The notes under the pieces were generated by a model. That model was not told where the DNA came from. It saw only the letters and a program-made list of their open reading frames with translations, and made no database searches. A DNA stretch of 64,000 bases from Paraspadella gotoi (Eukaryota > Animalia > Chaetognatha): the NCBI GenBank assembly GCA_051294375.1, contig CM119269.1, positions 7,747,225-7,811,224 on the forward strand, written 5' to 3'. The position numbers and the translations under genes are program-made. This document shows positions 13,032 through 26,388 of this stretch, piece by piece (positions within the stretch are counted from its first letter, which is position 1; each line of letters starts with the position of its first letter).

Positions 13032-13422
13032 AATGACAAGAGCGAAAGAAAGCTGGAAAGGTCAAGGATAAGAGTGAGAGCAAAGGTAAGAGCAAGCGTC
13101 AGAGTGAGAGGAAAGTTAAAGGCGAGAGTAAGATTAAGAATGAAGGTAAGGGGAAAAGTGACATCAAAGAAAAGGGCAAGGGTAAGTGATGGGACTGAGA
13201 TATGAGAAAGGTTAAGGGGTCGATAGACCAAGAGTCAAGGCGAAAAAGGAAACGAAAAAATCTAGTCGATCGACGACTCTGGCAGCCAAAGGCCGCAATT
13301 TTTTTTTACCCCGTCCCCCCTTCGAACCTTCCCCCCCAACCTACATATATCTCCCCTCAACACCCCCTCCCGAAAAATCATCAAAATATTTATTCGCAGA
13401 TCCTTTTCTTTTTCTCTTGGGA

Positions 13423-13503
<81 letters not shown>

Positions 13504-13711
13504 AAAACATTTTATTTCTATTTTTTTTTCTAATCTCTGATCTTTAGCTTCTGCTTTCTTTTTGTTTTTCATCTCTTGATTCCGATCGACGATGAAATGA
13601 TACGGGATCAAGAGATGGAGGTTTCGCAGATGTTGCTTTTGGGGAACTAAGGATGGGGAGGGGGCGTTTTAGAGATGGATTCGTGGTCGGCGTCGTCGTC
13701 GTCGGCGCCAT

Positions 13712-13777
13712 CTACGTCTCTAGGTCTTCATCATCATCGTCCTCATCATCCGTTGCCAAGCGACGAAATGTCGGCGT
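13712..13777 (-). CDS. Candidate alternative terminal exon (phase 0; TPTFRRLATDDEDDDDEDLET*)
   Basis: cttcaatttag acceptor; 22 codons ending in TAG; phase matches exon 15802-16076. Confidence 0.4.
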   Translation of the reverse strand, partial: TPTFRRLATDDEDDDDEDLET

Positions 13778-13994
13778 CTAAATTGAAGACGAATATTCGA
13801 TTTCGCATTTAATCCTCAATTCTTTTTTTTTTCTTCTCGATTTCCAATTAGGGGCAAATCGACAACGAATAATCGTTTATTCAATTAATTTTTTTTTTGG
13901 GGGGGAGAAAACAGAAGTTGGATTTTTATAGATCCAATATTTAGATAGTAGACTAGACAGTGAGAAAACCTTATCTAACCGTCGCCCGTCAAAC

Positions 13995-14222
13995 GATAGC
14001 TTATTCATTGCATTAATGAAAAATTTTAGTATTGATTGGTTGTACCAATTTGACAGTATCAGTGATGATTACTTCTCTAGAGATTTACGTAGTCTCAGTC
14101 GTTAATCTGACCTGGTTCGATCTGATCTGAACTCCCTCTTATAAAATTGGTACAACTAATATGAAAATTATCCATTCGTTCAATAAAATAAGCTATCTTG
14201 CCCCAGCCTGTGGAGTTAAGGC
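13995..14222. mobile_element. MITE-like element with ~55-bp imperfect inverted arms (core TTGGTTGTACCAATTT)
   Basis: GATAGCTTATT...TTGGTTGTACCAATTT (13995-14051) is mirrored by AAATTGGTACAACTAAT...AATAAGCTATC (14143-14197); the same arm sequence recurs at other loci in the window. Confidence 0.55.
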
Positions 14223-14804
14223 GTACAAGATGATAATATACGAGCCGCTTTCGAACAAGAATCTTTTCAACTTCTGATAATATCGATTTTTAAACCTCTT
14301 GATGCGTTATCTCATTCTTTTAACCTCTCATTATATAATCTAATGTAATCTTAGCTTAATTCTTATCTAATATAATATAATATAATATAATATAATATAA
14401 TCTCATCTCCTTTAATATAATCTACTTAAATTATCTCAGTAAATATCTTGTATTTCCCCATCCAAAAAATAGTGTACATGAAGTTTCCAAATTCTCATCC
14501 GCTAAACTTCTTTTCTCGTCTCTCCCTCCTCCCCCAACGTCTCTCTCTCTCTCTCTCCTATGTCTCATCTGTCTCTCTCTCCTCTCTCCTCTTCTCTTCT
14601 CTGGCTCTTCGTGCTCTCTCTCTCCTTCTCTGCTCTCGAATCTCCTCTCTCTCTTTTTCTTTCCCGACGTCGATTTTGATAAAAAATCTCATTTCTCAGA
14701 AATCGTCGCTCGATGAGTCGCCTCATATTTTTAAAGCGTAAAACGTGACGTCGGAAATCGTCAGCGATGTAGACTGTTAAGTACAGATAGATCTGTTAAC
14801 GTCG

Positions 14805-14923
14805 TTATCATCTTTATCGTCATCATCATCTTCATCATCTTCATCTTCACCATCATCATCATCATCATCATCATCGTCATCATCATCATCATCATCATCC
14901 TCATCATCATCATAATCATCATC
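14805..14923. repeat. (CAT)n microsatellite; further (CAT)n-rich tract at ~15650-15795
   Basis: Trinucleotide run with interruptions. Confidence 0.9.
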
Positions 14924-15299
14924 TTGGTCCCTCTCAACTTTTCTACTTCCCGTGACCCCAAAGGCGTAGACGGCCTCGACACGAGAAAGCCAAATCCCGC
15001 CTCCAATCTAATCCATATTTTCCCGCCAACTTGAACTTTTTTAAAAAATGTATTTTATTTATTTTTATTTATTTTTTGGGGGGATTGGAGTTAGCCTTTC
15101 AAAGATTGATAAGTATCATGATAGTTGTACCGTCGATGTCAAGAGCAATGAAATCAATGACGGGTAATGAATGAACGATCTCTCAGTTTCGACCCGATGG
15201 CTCGTTGAATAAAGCGATTGGCACATGGTCACACTGACTCTAATCCCAAACTGGTGTCTACCCTTCGTGGAAACCCCCTTGTAGACTTGGGCAACCCCC

Positions 15300-15400
15300 C
15301 AGGCCTGGTTTCGACCCTAGGACCAGTTCCATAGCTGCCGAGAGGGCTAAAGAAATTCTTCAGCCCACTTAGCGTTTTAACCACATTGGTGAGCCCTCCC
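15300..15400 (-). mobile_element. Possible degenerate tRNA-derived SINE head
   Basis: Minus strand shows an A-box-like CACCAATGTGGTTAAAACGC and a B-box/T-arm-like GGTCCTAGGGTCGAAACCAGG; no intact cloverleaf. Confidence 0.3.
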
Positions 15401-15801
15401 TTCATACCACCAAAGATATGGAATCAGAATCAGATCGCAATCAAATCGGATCAGTGATCAATAAACCAAGGACTCGGTGATTGGATGAATCACCATCGGA
15501 ACTGACCAATGAGAAAAAGGGCTTCATGCCAATGGGAAAGAGAGCCCGTGTCGATGATCCGATGGCATTGTATAAATATTGAGCGTCTCTGTATTGATTC
15601 CATTCTGTCTCACACCGTTCTTCGTAAATATTATCTGAGAATAAAATCCACTATCATTGTCATTGTTATCATCATCATCATCATCATCCTCATCCACTAT
15701 CATTGTCATTTTTATCATCATCATCATGAGACATGATCATCAATCGATGATCATGATCATCAATCATCCAATCCATCATCATTCATCATCATCCTCCTCA
15801 C

Positions 15802-16076
15802 CACGTAAAAGGCGTCATTGATGACGACATCTTGCGACGCGAATTCGACGACCGGATTTCCTTTCGAGCCGCGAGATCCGCCCGTCGGGGTCGCGTCGAC
15901 CCCGGGGGTGGGCGTGCCCGAGGAGGCGACGTTGGGCTTGCCCGATTGGGCGAGTTTGGGCTTGCCCGATTGGGCGGACGAAGGGGCGACGACGCTGGCT
16001 TTGGAGGATGAGGAGGAGGAGGAGGAGGAGCAGGCGACGATCGATTCGACGATTTGACTTTTATGACGAATTGAAG
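15802..16076 (-). CDS. Internal coding exon (275 nt, phase 1-0; SIRHKSQIVESIVACSSSS...GNPVVEFASQDVVINDAFYV)
   Basis: Strong ttttctcctcctccag acceptor, GTGAGG donor, GC-rich, open frame containing a duplicated AQSGKP motif. Confidence 0.7.
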
Positions 16077-16539
16077 CTGGAGGAGGAGAAAAGGAGGGGA
16101 AAAGGAAAAAAAAAAAAGCTTTGCTTTATATCGATTTGTTTTTTGCTTTATATTGATTTGGCTTTGCATTAGATTTGATTTTTTTTATTGTGGTTCTTAT
16201 CTCGTTAACGACGATTCATTCGGCTTGATCTTCTTTCGTTTTAGTGTACTGAGCTTTGCTTTTTTTCCCCCTCTTTTGCTTTAGTTATTTATTTGTCATT
16301 TTGTTTTGATTTTTTTTTTCTAATCGCTCTATTTAGTTTGGCTTTGCTTAGATACGAATACTTCATTTGGCTTTGCTTTATTCTGTTTTGCATTACTTGG
16401 CTTTACGTCATTTTGCTTTGCTACATTTTTTGTGATTCTTTTTGCTACCTTTTTGATCATCGAGTCAGTCAGTACAGTATTTCCATCATTTTCTTCATTA
16501 CATCATTATATCTGATGCGTCTCCTTTACAGTCAGTCGG

Positions 16540-16541
<2 letters not shown>

Positions 16542-16630
<89 letters not shown>
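16542..16630. repeat. (GA)n microsatellite (one of dozens; another long pure run at ~52398-52506)
   Basis: Pure dinucleotide run. Confidence 0.95.
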
Positions 16631-16633
<3 letters not shown>

Positions 16634-17109
16634 CTTGGGAGCAGGTGTATAAACCTGATCTCCTCATAAATATAATGAGAAAGAGAAGATAGTTTTTTAT
16701 TATGAACTGAGGAGGATCATGTGTCGCACAAACTCATTTTGGTCGGTCGGTCGGTCATCCACGGGGTTTGTTAAAATGTTTGTTTTTAGGTTTCACAATG
16801 AAGAGAAGAAAATAAAAGAAAAGTGGTGAAGATATAAATATTATTTAAAATAAGTTAAATATAAAAATATAAAAATTAGAAAAAGATAACATTGTAGAAA
16901 AGTATGTATAACATAAAGATGCTTTCTATATTACCAGAAGATAACACTAACATATCTCTCCCTATTATATTATTTAATATGAAATAAATAATAGTAGATC
17001 TAATACTTAATTGTGAAAATTATTTATTTTAAAATTTTTGTTTTATTTAGCCTAATATAGTAAAACTAATAATATTGCAATTTTTCATAATCAAATCATG
17101 TTATACTAT

Positions 17110-17257
17110 GAAATTGTTACAACCAATATAAAAATTATTCATTAATTTAATAAATAAGCTATCTCGCCCCTGACTTTGGACAGGCTTTGGTGGTTTAAGG
17201 CCTCCATCATAATTATTCTGGATAATGAATAATTTTTATATTGGTCGTACCAATTAG
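17110..17257. mobile_element. Copy of the TTGGTTGTACCAATT repeat family: two opposed arms flanking GCCCCTGACTTTGGACAGGCTTTGGTGGTTTAAGGCCTCCAT
   Basis: Matches 14143-14222, 43050-43158 (reverse) and 45920-46030. Confidence 0.55.
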
Positions 17258-17303
17258 ACAATATTTTTATACTATATGATTATCACATAAAAACCAGTCC
17301 CAC

Positions 17304-17531
17304 CAGAATTCGAGTCCGAGACCAAATTAAGTGGAGAAGAGCCGAGGGCGGCGAGGCCCGGGTCGTGGGCGACCGAAACGGGGCAGGCGGCCGCTTGGGC
17401 CGCGTCGGATAAGGCCGGAGCTGACGGTGCCGGGTTCGGGGCGGCGTTGGAACTTGCGGAGGTGAAACTTGAATCTTGGGTCTTTATGCGGATGGGCGTG
17501 GGCAGAGGGCGCCGGCCGTCGCTGTCGTCGG
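17304..17531 (-). CDS. Internal coding exon (228 nt, phase 1-1; DDSDGRRPLPTPIRIKTQDSSFTSASS...SSPLNLVSDSNS)
   Basis: ccgttcccccttcag acceptor, G|GTGGGA donor, GC-rich island in AT-rich intron; frameshifted inverted copy at ~29306-29545. Confidence 0.7.
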
Positions 17532-17923
17532 CTGAAGGGGGAACGGAGGAGAAACAAAACGACAATGTAAAATTAGAAAAAAATTAGAAAATTGAAAAAT
17601 ACCAAAAACAAAAATAATAAGAAACAAAAATAACGGTAAAAAAAAAAGACAAAAACAAATTATAAAATGATAGAAAAAAAAATGGCGAGAGTATTTAATC
17701 TTTAAAGTTTTTTGGTTTTTTTTTATTATTATTATTTTTTTTTGAGGAGATGATTTAAAAACCGCAATTGTCCTCGGAAAACAGGATTTCGGTAATGAAA
17801 GGAATCCGAAAACGAATTTTGTTCATTTCACGAATTTTAAACGAAAATGACGAGAAAAAAAGAGAAAAAAAAACTCATTAAAATTGAGATTAAAAGAGAA
17901 TTGACGAAGGTTGAGTTCACCTT

Positions 17924-17959
<36 letters not shown>

Positions 17960-18637
17960 TATACATTTGTATCATCTAGAACTATACTTTACTTATTATA
18001 TCATGTTATGTTAGGGTGAATAAAACCAGACATATTTTACACGTCCTCGTTCCTTTTAAAACTATGTTTTTTTTGTTCACGATTTAAAAAATATCTTGAT
18101 TGATTCATGCCATATATTTTTATCCGAAAAATATTATCTTCGATCTTTCTCCATCTTGAGCTCATTTTTCAAATTTTTGTTTTTTAAACTTTTTTAGTTT
18201 TGCATGAAAAATAATTCATGAAGATTAAATTTAAAATGGAGGAAAAAGAAAGAAAAGAGGAAAAAAATTATAAGAAAAAAGAAAAGAAGTAAATTTGAGC
18301 AAAGAGATAAAAGCAAAACATGAGCTAACATGAACGGAAATACAATATTATGAGGTTAAGTAAAATAATTGTTAGAAAAAATACAAGCAAATAAAAAAAA
18401 CTTTTAATGAATCGGAAATAAAAGGGAAACGAGATTTAAAAAAACAAATGAGCATCGCGAGGATAAAATAAAATCCGAGTTTGACAGATTTTCTGACGAA
18501 AACTTTAATCCCAACGNNNNNNNNNNNNNNNNNNNNNNNNNTCCCAAACGAAGTGGTCAAGGCTTGGATTGGGAGCGGGTGGTGAAAGGAAGAGACGAGA
18601 GAGAGAACGAGGATGAGAAAGGACGAGAGAGGAGAGG

Positions 18638-18668
<31 letters not shown>

Positions 18669-19124
18669 CTGAGAGACGGAGAGACTGAATGCGCTACTAC
18701 CTGAGAGAGAGAGAGAGAAGTGAACAGTTAACAAATTGTTTTCCTCCAAAAAATGGGAGATTCCTTTTGTAGTTTGACCTCGTCTTACTTTTTTCTGTCC
18801 CCGACATCTCCGCTGTCTGTCTTTGTGGACTTCCTGCCACGGGCTAAGGGTCACTGTCAAAGATCACGCAAGAAGTGATTCGCCTGCTCTCCTTGAAATC
18901 AACTGCCCACAAAAAAATTTGGAAAAAAATATTGGAGCGTGAACAAATCCCACGACCCCTGACAAATTAATTAAATAAAAAAAACCTAAAGATATAATAT
19001 AAAAAAAATTTAAATAACCTTAAGTATGCAGCATGGTGAAAAATTAAGCTTTTAATTTTCCCGAAGAAGTTAAAAACAAAATTTCAGTGATTTGCGATAA
19101 ACAATAAGCGCCACAACTACCCAC

Positions 19125-19321
19125 CGATTCTCAATGCAATCCGATTGAGTTAACGCTAACGCAACTGAGGCTTTCGAAAGCTAAAACTTCTCGCAAACGA
19201 CTCCCGAGCGGCCGAGTCGACTATCGTAATGTGACACTCGCAGCGCTCGCTAGCAGTTTTGCAGTTCTCGCGACTCTCGCGAGCAAGGTTGTGGAAATCT
19301 CCCTCGCAGTTCTCCGAGTTT
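19125..19321 (-). CDS. Internal exon, error-containing copy 1 (consensus 198 nt, phase 1-1)
   Basis: Same exon as 24277-24473 and the inverted copy at ~27420-27622. Confidence 0.4.
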
Positions 19322-19719
19322 CTTAAAAAATAATATATATAAAGCCAGAAAAAAAAGGAAAAAAAAATTTTAACCTTGACACGAATCTGAATTTTATCGT
19401 CGAATCGTTTACAGTCTTCTCTTCGTTCGTCGTCGTCGTCTTCTATCTACTCGTCGTCTTCTTCTCACATGACTGAGTATCCAGGGTAAGAGAGTCTTAA
19501 TTTCGAGACGAAGATGAGAAAAATGGCGGCGCCTTCATTTCTTTAGAAATAGGACGCCGAGGACGCCGACGACGACGACGACGACCGACGACGACGAGAA
19601 AATCGTCAAACCGCTCGATCGTTCCTTTAAATGTTGACGCCATGAATAACGGAAAACTCGCTACCTTCATTTACCGAGGCCAATCTTGTTCCTGTTCTCT
19701 CTCTCTCTCCTCTCTTCTC

Positions 19720-19772
<53 letters not shown>

Positions 19773-19921
19773 TCTCTCTATCCGCGTCTGTCTCTGTCTC
19801 TCTCGTCATTCCTGCAAGAGGAATTGATGACAAGAATGATTTTTTTTATCCGACAAAAAAAAAACTACTGAGCGTCATTGGAGAATAACGAAAAATCTAT
19901 TCCTCTTATCTTTTGAGATGG

Positions 19922-19952
<31 letters not shown>

Positions 19953-20661
19953 ATCTCTTCTCTCTCCTCTCTCTCTCTCGTTTTAAAAGTTTTTTCTTCT
20001 CGTTTATAATTTTCGTGTTTCTTTGTTTCGGCTAAGGCTGAGAACGAATCTTTAATTTAATATTTGGTCATTATTTGTGAGACAATACTAGACGACGCCC
20101 GCAACAAAAAGGATATTTTTAGTAATGCGTGAACAACATAAAATGGAGACAAATAGAGACAAAAATAGAATAAATAAAAAGAAAAAAAACCCAAGACTTT
20201 TTTTTGGTGGGAGAAAAGTTAAGGAGACGTAAAGAAACTCAAGACAGAAGTCTTATGGTGATTCGCCTCCGAAATAAAAACAAACAAACCATCTCAACGG
20301 CGACGGCGATATATGGATATAAATTAAACAGGGGAGGGGAGAAAGAGAGAGAGAAGAGAGAGAGAGAGAAGGAGAGGGAGAGAAGAGAGAAGAGAGAGAG
20401 AGAGGAGAGAGAGAGATAGTTTATTAATATTAACCATAGAATGCAATAGCTCTCACCAGCATTTGCCAAGGCGATGTTTCACTTTTGATGCTACGCAGGC
20501 TGAACCATCTCAACTACGCATTAATCACTATTCGCATAAACAATAAATAAACAAACAAAAAGCAAAAAAAAAAGTCTTATTTTCCTAGACGTTTAGTTGA
20601 ATGAGTCATTTGAGTCTAATGACGTGGTCACTGCATCCATTCGGAGAGAGAGAGAGGAGAG

Positions 20662-20715
<54 letters not shown>

Positions 20716-21469
20716 GGAGAGAGAGAGAGAGAGAGAGAAAAAAAATCGAGTGAAATGAAATCGATAAACGAGGAGGAAAGGGTCGTCAATCCTGGTTGTT
20801 GTTGTTGTTTTGTTGTGTTGTTATATTTTGTTGTTGTTGTAGATTTAGAAAGCGAGGATTGAAAACCTGGAGGAGGAAGGGAAAGGAAAAGACGAAGGAG
20901 GAAAGGAAAGAGAAGGAGGAAAAGAAAGAGAAGAGAAGGAGAGAGAAGAAGAAGAGGGGATGTAGGGAAAAGATCAAAGAGAGAAGAAAAGAAAAAAATA
21001 ATATTATCACTCGAAATTCTAAAAATAGAAAAAAAAAATAGAAGAAAGACGAGCGCGAGTGAAGAAGGCAGCATTTTAACAACGAACGCATCCGAGGTGA
21101 ATCTTGAATGATCGATAAACTTAAAGGAATTATCGAAAGGAGATAGAGGGACCGTTATAGAGACAGACGGATGGAGATCTGAGAGACGGCAACGAACGGA
21201 TGGATGCATAGAAGGAACGGACTGGCAGGATGGACAGACCGACCAGTTCCGATAAACGCGAAGGATTTTTTCGTCGATGATGAATCGACGACTCGAAGTC
21301 GAAGGGCTGTTGACGAGTTAAGAGGGAAGGCGGGCAGAGGAGGGCTGAGTGGCGGGCATGAGAAGGGCTGAGCGGGCAGAGGAGGGCAGAGGAGGACAAA
21401 AGAGGTGAAAAGGAAGGCGGAAGGCGGTGAGAAAAGAAAAACAAAGGAAATAAGGGGAAAAGGAGAAAG

Positions 21470-21840
21470 ACTGAGAAAGGAACAGGGAAAGGAAAAAGAA
21501 ATCACAACAAAATAAGGAAAAATGAGAAGAAGACTCGAAAAAGGGAAAAGGCTCTAAGGAAAAAGGATAAAGGCTTAGAAAGGAAAGTGGAAAGGAAAAA
21601 GAAACCAAACGAAAAATAAGGAAAAAGTAGAAAGACTGAAAAAGGAAAAAGGCTAAGGAAAAAGGATAAAGGCTCTAGAAAGGAAAGTGGAAAAGAAAAA
21701 AGAAACCAACTAAAATAAGGAAAAGGAGAAAGACTGAAAAAGGAAAGGGAAAGAGAAAAAGGAAGAAAGGAAAATAAGGAAAGAAGATAAAGGCTTAGAA
21801 AGGAAAGTGGAAAGAAAAGAAACCAAACTAAATAAGGAAC
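21470..21840. repeat. Purine-rich ~100-bp tandem repeat (AAGGCTTAGAAAGGAAAGTGGAAA...), ~3.5 copies; duplicated at ~31375-31745
   Basis: Unit anchor recurs near 21570, 21670 and 21790. Confidence 0.8.
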
Positions 21841-24276
21841 GAAGGAAAAGGCTAAAATCGGGAAGAGACGAGATAAGAAATCGCGAAGCGTCAAATTTTT
21901 CTCGATGTCCGAATCTCGAATCATAAAAAAAATAAGTGGCTGCCTCTATTTAAATGCGTAGGTCGCTTTGAAGGGTTGAAAGTGAATCGTTACTTGGGTT
22001 TTCCAGGATCAAAATGACGAAAATATTTTTTTTTTGGTCAAAAAGGAAAGAAGACGTCTGAGGCTTTCGGGACTAGCACTATATTAATTATAGATGCTTG
22101 CCCAGGGTCTGGTATTATCTTGACTTAACTCTCCATAGTATATCCAAAGTAAGGGACAACATAAGTTGTTTATGAAATAAATTGAATAACTTTTATGTTG
22201 GTTGTACCAATTTCACAATATGATGTATTTATTAAAACGAATTTACTAAACGAATTCTACCCAATATGAATTTATCTTAAAGTGGGCTCACAACGCTCAC
22301 ATACTTCACACTCACTTAGACTCCAGACTTCAAAAACCACGTCCAATCTCTAACAGAATCTCGTGGCAAATAGAGTGCGTGTTACCAGTTTGCCAGTTTA
22401 ATGCATTTCCTCTCCTCAAAGTTTCGGCAGTTGAATCCAAAACACGGAGAGGAAAAGGAATTTTAAAATCTTTGGAACTGTTGTCAAATTTGATTCAGAC
22501 GACGACGACGATAACGAAGACGACGACGACGACGATGACGAAGTTAAAAAACGAAGACTGGGACGACGACGACGACGACGACAATGATGTTAAAACGAAA
22601 AGAGTTATGTCTTATGACAATATAAATACATATTGAAGTATGAACAACATAAAATAAGATAAAACAATTGTGCGAAGTTAAAACAGAAAGGTCGATTTGA
22701 ATATAAGTTTAAAACCAAAAAAGGCCAATCCATAGCAAAGAACAAAATAAACAATAAATAAAACAAGTGAAGACTCGAACAATGACGACGACGACAAGAT
22801 CGATGTAAGAGAACGACGACGACGCACGACGACGACGACGCGATGACGACGTCGACGACGACGAACGATGAAACCCAATTGGGCGAGAGTCACATCTCCT
22901 AAAGAGCTCGCCTCTCAGGAATTGTTTCCATTTGGGAGGGACCACCTGGAAATAACTACATGGCAATAACAACAACAACGACGACGACGACGACGGTCGA
23001 CGACGAAAAACGGAATTAAACGTCGATCGAGAAAGAAAAACGAGAGATAAATATCACAAATGATAATAAATTAAAAAAAGGTAGTTTTAACTACGTCAAA
23101 TCATACTACGTTAAAATTATTAGAAGTGAGAATCAGAACGAGACATTTTACGAATGTTAAAAACAAAATAACGGAAATGCAATGGAAAGAATGAGAGACA
23201 AAAAAAGGCGAGACGATGACATAAAGTTAACAACGAAAAAGAACAAAGAGGGTAAGGACAATCATTAAAAGACAAGGATGGGAAAAGACAACTATTAAAA
23301 GACATAACCAAAGAAGAAAGGAGACGAGATAACGAGATCTTTGCAGAAAACGACGAAGAAAACCGTTGAGGTTTGACGCGATGGTGAGAACAATGGCCCA
23401 AGAAATGACGCAAGCAATGGCGCAATAAATGGCGTAAGCAATGGCGCATATAATAGCTCATAGAGCATAGTAACTGTGCATCCATTATATGCACTATGAA
23501 CGATTAAGATAAAAAATAATACATTGTAAAGAAAAGATGAAATGGCAATATGGTAAAACGGCGCTTGCAATCAATCTACCATCAAGTAGACAAGAGGACA
23601 ATACAAGAAAAGCGAAGAACCAAATTTTCGTCTTTCCATTTGTGAATTCTCTCTCTTCTCTTCTCTCTCTTTTCTTCACCGCTGGATCCTCAGCCCCTGA
23701 TGTACAACGTTTTTACAAGTTTTTACACGGACGGTTACTGAGGCTGCCAAGAATACGCTTCCATAATTGAGAGTGAAGGAGAAACCAAAGTATCTTGTTT
23801 TTGTGTTTTGTAAAACAGGAAGTGAAATATGAATCTCTCTCTAGAGAGAGAGAGAGAGAGAGAGAGAATGAACAGTTACAAAATTGTTTTCCTCAAAAAA
23901 TGGGAGATTCCTTTTGAGTTTTGACCTCGTCTTACTTTTTTCTGTCCCCGACATCGCGCTGTCTGTCTTTGTGAGACTCCTGCCAGGGGCTAAGGGGTCA
24001 CTGGTCAAAGATCACGCAAGAAGTGATTGCGCCTTGCTCTCCTTGAAATCAACTGCCCCACAAAAAAAATTTGGAAAAAAATATTGGAGCGTGAACAAAT
24101 CCCACGACCCCCTGACAAATTAATTAAAAAAAAAAACCTAAGATATAATATAAAAAAATTTAAATAACCTTAAGTATGCAGCATGGTGAAAAAAATTAAG
24201 CTTTTAATTTTCCCGAAGAAGTTAAAAACAAAATTTCAGTGATTGCGATAAACAATAAGCGCCTACAACTACCTAC

Positions 24277-24473
24277 CGATTCTCAATGCAATCAGGATTG
24301 AGTTAACGCTAACGAACTGAGGCTTTCGAAAGCTAAAACTTTCGCAACGACTCCCGAGCGGCCGAGTCGACTATCGTAATTGTGACACTCGCAGCGCTCG
24401 CTAGCAGTTTTGCAGTTCTCGCGACTCTCGCGAGCAGAGTTGTGGCAATCTCCACTCGCAGTTCTCCGAGTTT
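24277..24473 (-). CDS. Internal exon, best copy (consensus TRRTASGDCHNSARESRENCKTASERCECHNYDSRLGRSGVVAKVLAFESLSCVSVNSILIALRI)
   Basis: ttttttaag acceptor and G|GTAGGT donor. The frame is open if one G present in the other two copies (CTCAGTTGCGTT) is restored. Confidence 0.5.
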
Positions 24474-24729
24474 CTTAAAAAATAATAATAATAATAAAGC
24501 CAGAAAAAAAAGGAAAAAAAATTTTAACCTTGACACGAATCTGAATTTATCGTCGAATCGTTTACAGTCTTCGTCGACGTCGTCGTCGTCGTCGTCGTCG
24601 TCGTATTCTATCTACGTCGTCGTGTTCTTCTCACATGACTGAGTATCCAGGGGTAAGAGAGTCTTTAATTTCGAGACGAGAGATGAAGAAAAATGGCGGC
24701 GCCTTCATTTCTCAGAAATAGACGCCGAG

Positions 24730-24767
<38 letters not shown>

Positions 24768-25731
24768 AATCGTCAAACCGTCGATCGTTCCTTTAAATGT
24801 TGACGCCATGAATAACGGAAAACTCGCTACCTTCATTTACCGAGGCCAATCTTGTTCCTTTCTCNNNNNNNNNNNNNNNNNNNNNNNNNNNNNNNNNNNN
24901 NNNNNNNNNNNNNNNNNNNNNNNNNNNNNNNNNNNNNNNNNNNNNNNNNNNNNNNNNNNNNNNNNNNNNNNNNNNNNNNNNNNNNNNNNNNNNNNNNNNN
25001 NNNNNNNNNNNNNNNNNNNNNNNNNNNNNNNNNNNNNNNNNNNNNNNNNNNNNNNNNNNNNNNNNNNNNNNNNNNNNNNNNNNNNNNNNNNNNNNNNNNN
25101 NNNNNNNNNNNNNNNNNNNNNNNNNNNNNNNNNNNNNNNNNNNNNNNNNNNNNNNNNNNNNNNNNNNNNNNNNNNNNNNNNNNNNNNNNNNNNNNNNNNC
25201 TCTCTCTCTCGTTTTAAAAGTTTTTTCTTCTCGTTTATAATTGTTCGTGTTTCTTGTTTCGGCTAAGGCTGGAGAACGAATCTTTAATTTAATATTTGTC
25301 ATTATTTGTGAGACAATACTAGACGACGCCCGCAACAAAAAAGGATATTTTTAGTAATGCGTGACAACATAAAATGGAGACAAATAGAGACAAAAATAGA
25401 ATAAATAAAAAGAAAAAAACCCAAGACTTTTTTTTGGTGGGAGAAAAGTTAATGAGACGTAAAGAAACTCAAGAGCAGAAGTCTTATGGTGATTCGCCTC
25501 CGAAATAAAAACAAACAAACCATCTCCATGGCGACGGCGATATATGGATAAATTAAACAGGGGGAGGGGGAGAANNNNNNNNNNNNNNNNNNNNNNNNNN
25601 NNNNNNNNNNNNNNNNNNNNNNNNNNNNNNNNNNNNNNNNNNNNNNNNNNNNNNNNNNNNNNNNNNNNNNNNNNNNNNNNNNNNNNNNNNNNNNTTATTA
25701 AATATTAACCATAGAATGCAATAGCTCTCAC

Positions 25732-25776
25732 CAGCATTGTGCAAGGGCGATGTTTCACTTGTGATGCTCACGCAGG
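25732..25776 (-). CDS. 45-nt mini-exon (phase 1-1; CVSITSETSPLHNA); other copies at ~20457-20499 and ~26230-26272 (+)
   Basis: ttcag acceptor, CTG|GTGAGA donor, open frame, phase fits both neighbours. Confidence 0.45.
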
Positions 25777-25821
25777 CTGAACCATCTCAACTACGCATTA
25801 ATCACTATTCGCATAAACAAA

Positions 25822-25983
25822 TTTTCCTTTCCTCCTCGTCTTTCCTTTCCACTTCCTCCTCCAAGGTTTTCAATCCTCGCTATTCTAAATCTACAACAAC
25901 AACAAAATAAACAACAACAAACAACAACAACAAACGCGCCATGACGGACCCTTTCTCCTCGTTTATCGATTCATTTCACTCGA

Positions 25984-26068
<85 letters not shown>

Positions 26069-26354
26069 TCTCCTCTCTCTCTGCTCCGACATGGATGCGT
26101 GACCACGTCATTTAGACTCAAATGACTCATTCAAACTACGTCTAGGAAAAATAGACTTTTTTTTTGCTTTTTGTTTGTTTATATACTTTGTATCGCGAAT
26201 AGTGATGTAATGCGTAGTTGAGAGGTCAGCCTGCGTGAGCATCCACAGTGAAACCCACGCCTTGGCAATGCTGGTGAAGCTATTGCATTCTGATGGTTAA
26301 TATTTAATAACACTAATCCCTCTCTCTCTCTCTCTCTCTCTCGTCTCTCTCTCT

Positions 26355-26388
<34 letters not shown>

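Larger units (their letters stand above)
23868..25821 (+). repeat. Direct duplicate of ~18720-20543 (probable assembly artefact)
   Basis: Colinear near-identity with scattered indels. Confidence 0.9.

Noticed and set aside
12849-13205. ORF with KSESEGKGKG repeats
   Set aside because: Translation of a 30-bp minisatellite open in several frames on both strands; it lies in an intron of the minus-strand model and has no splice signals.
14761-15006. Poly-Met (or poly-Asp) ORF
   Set aside because: (CAT)n microsatellite; weak acceptor and no donor found.
23120-23494. ORF with RHCLRHLLRHCLRHFL repeat (also 33017-33451)
   Set aside because: Due to a short 12-bp tandem repeat (AATGGCGCAAGC); the rest is low-complexity and the frames differ between copies.
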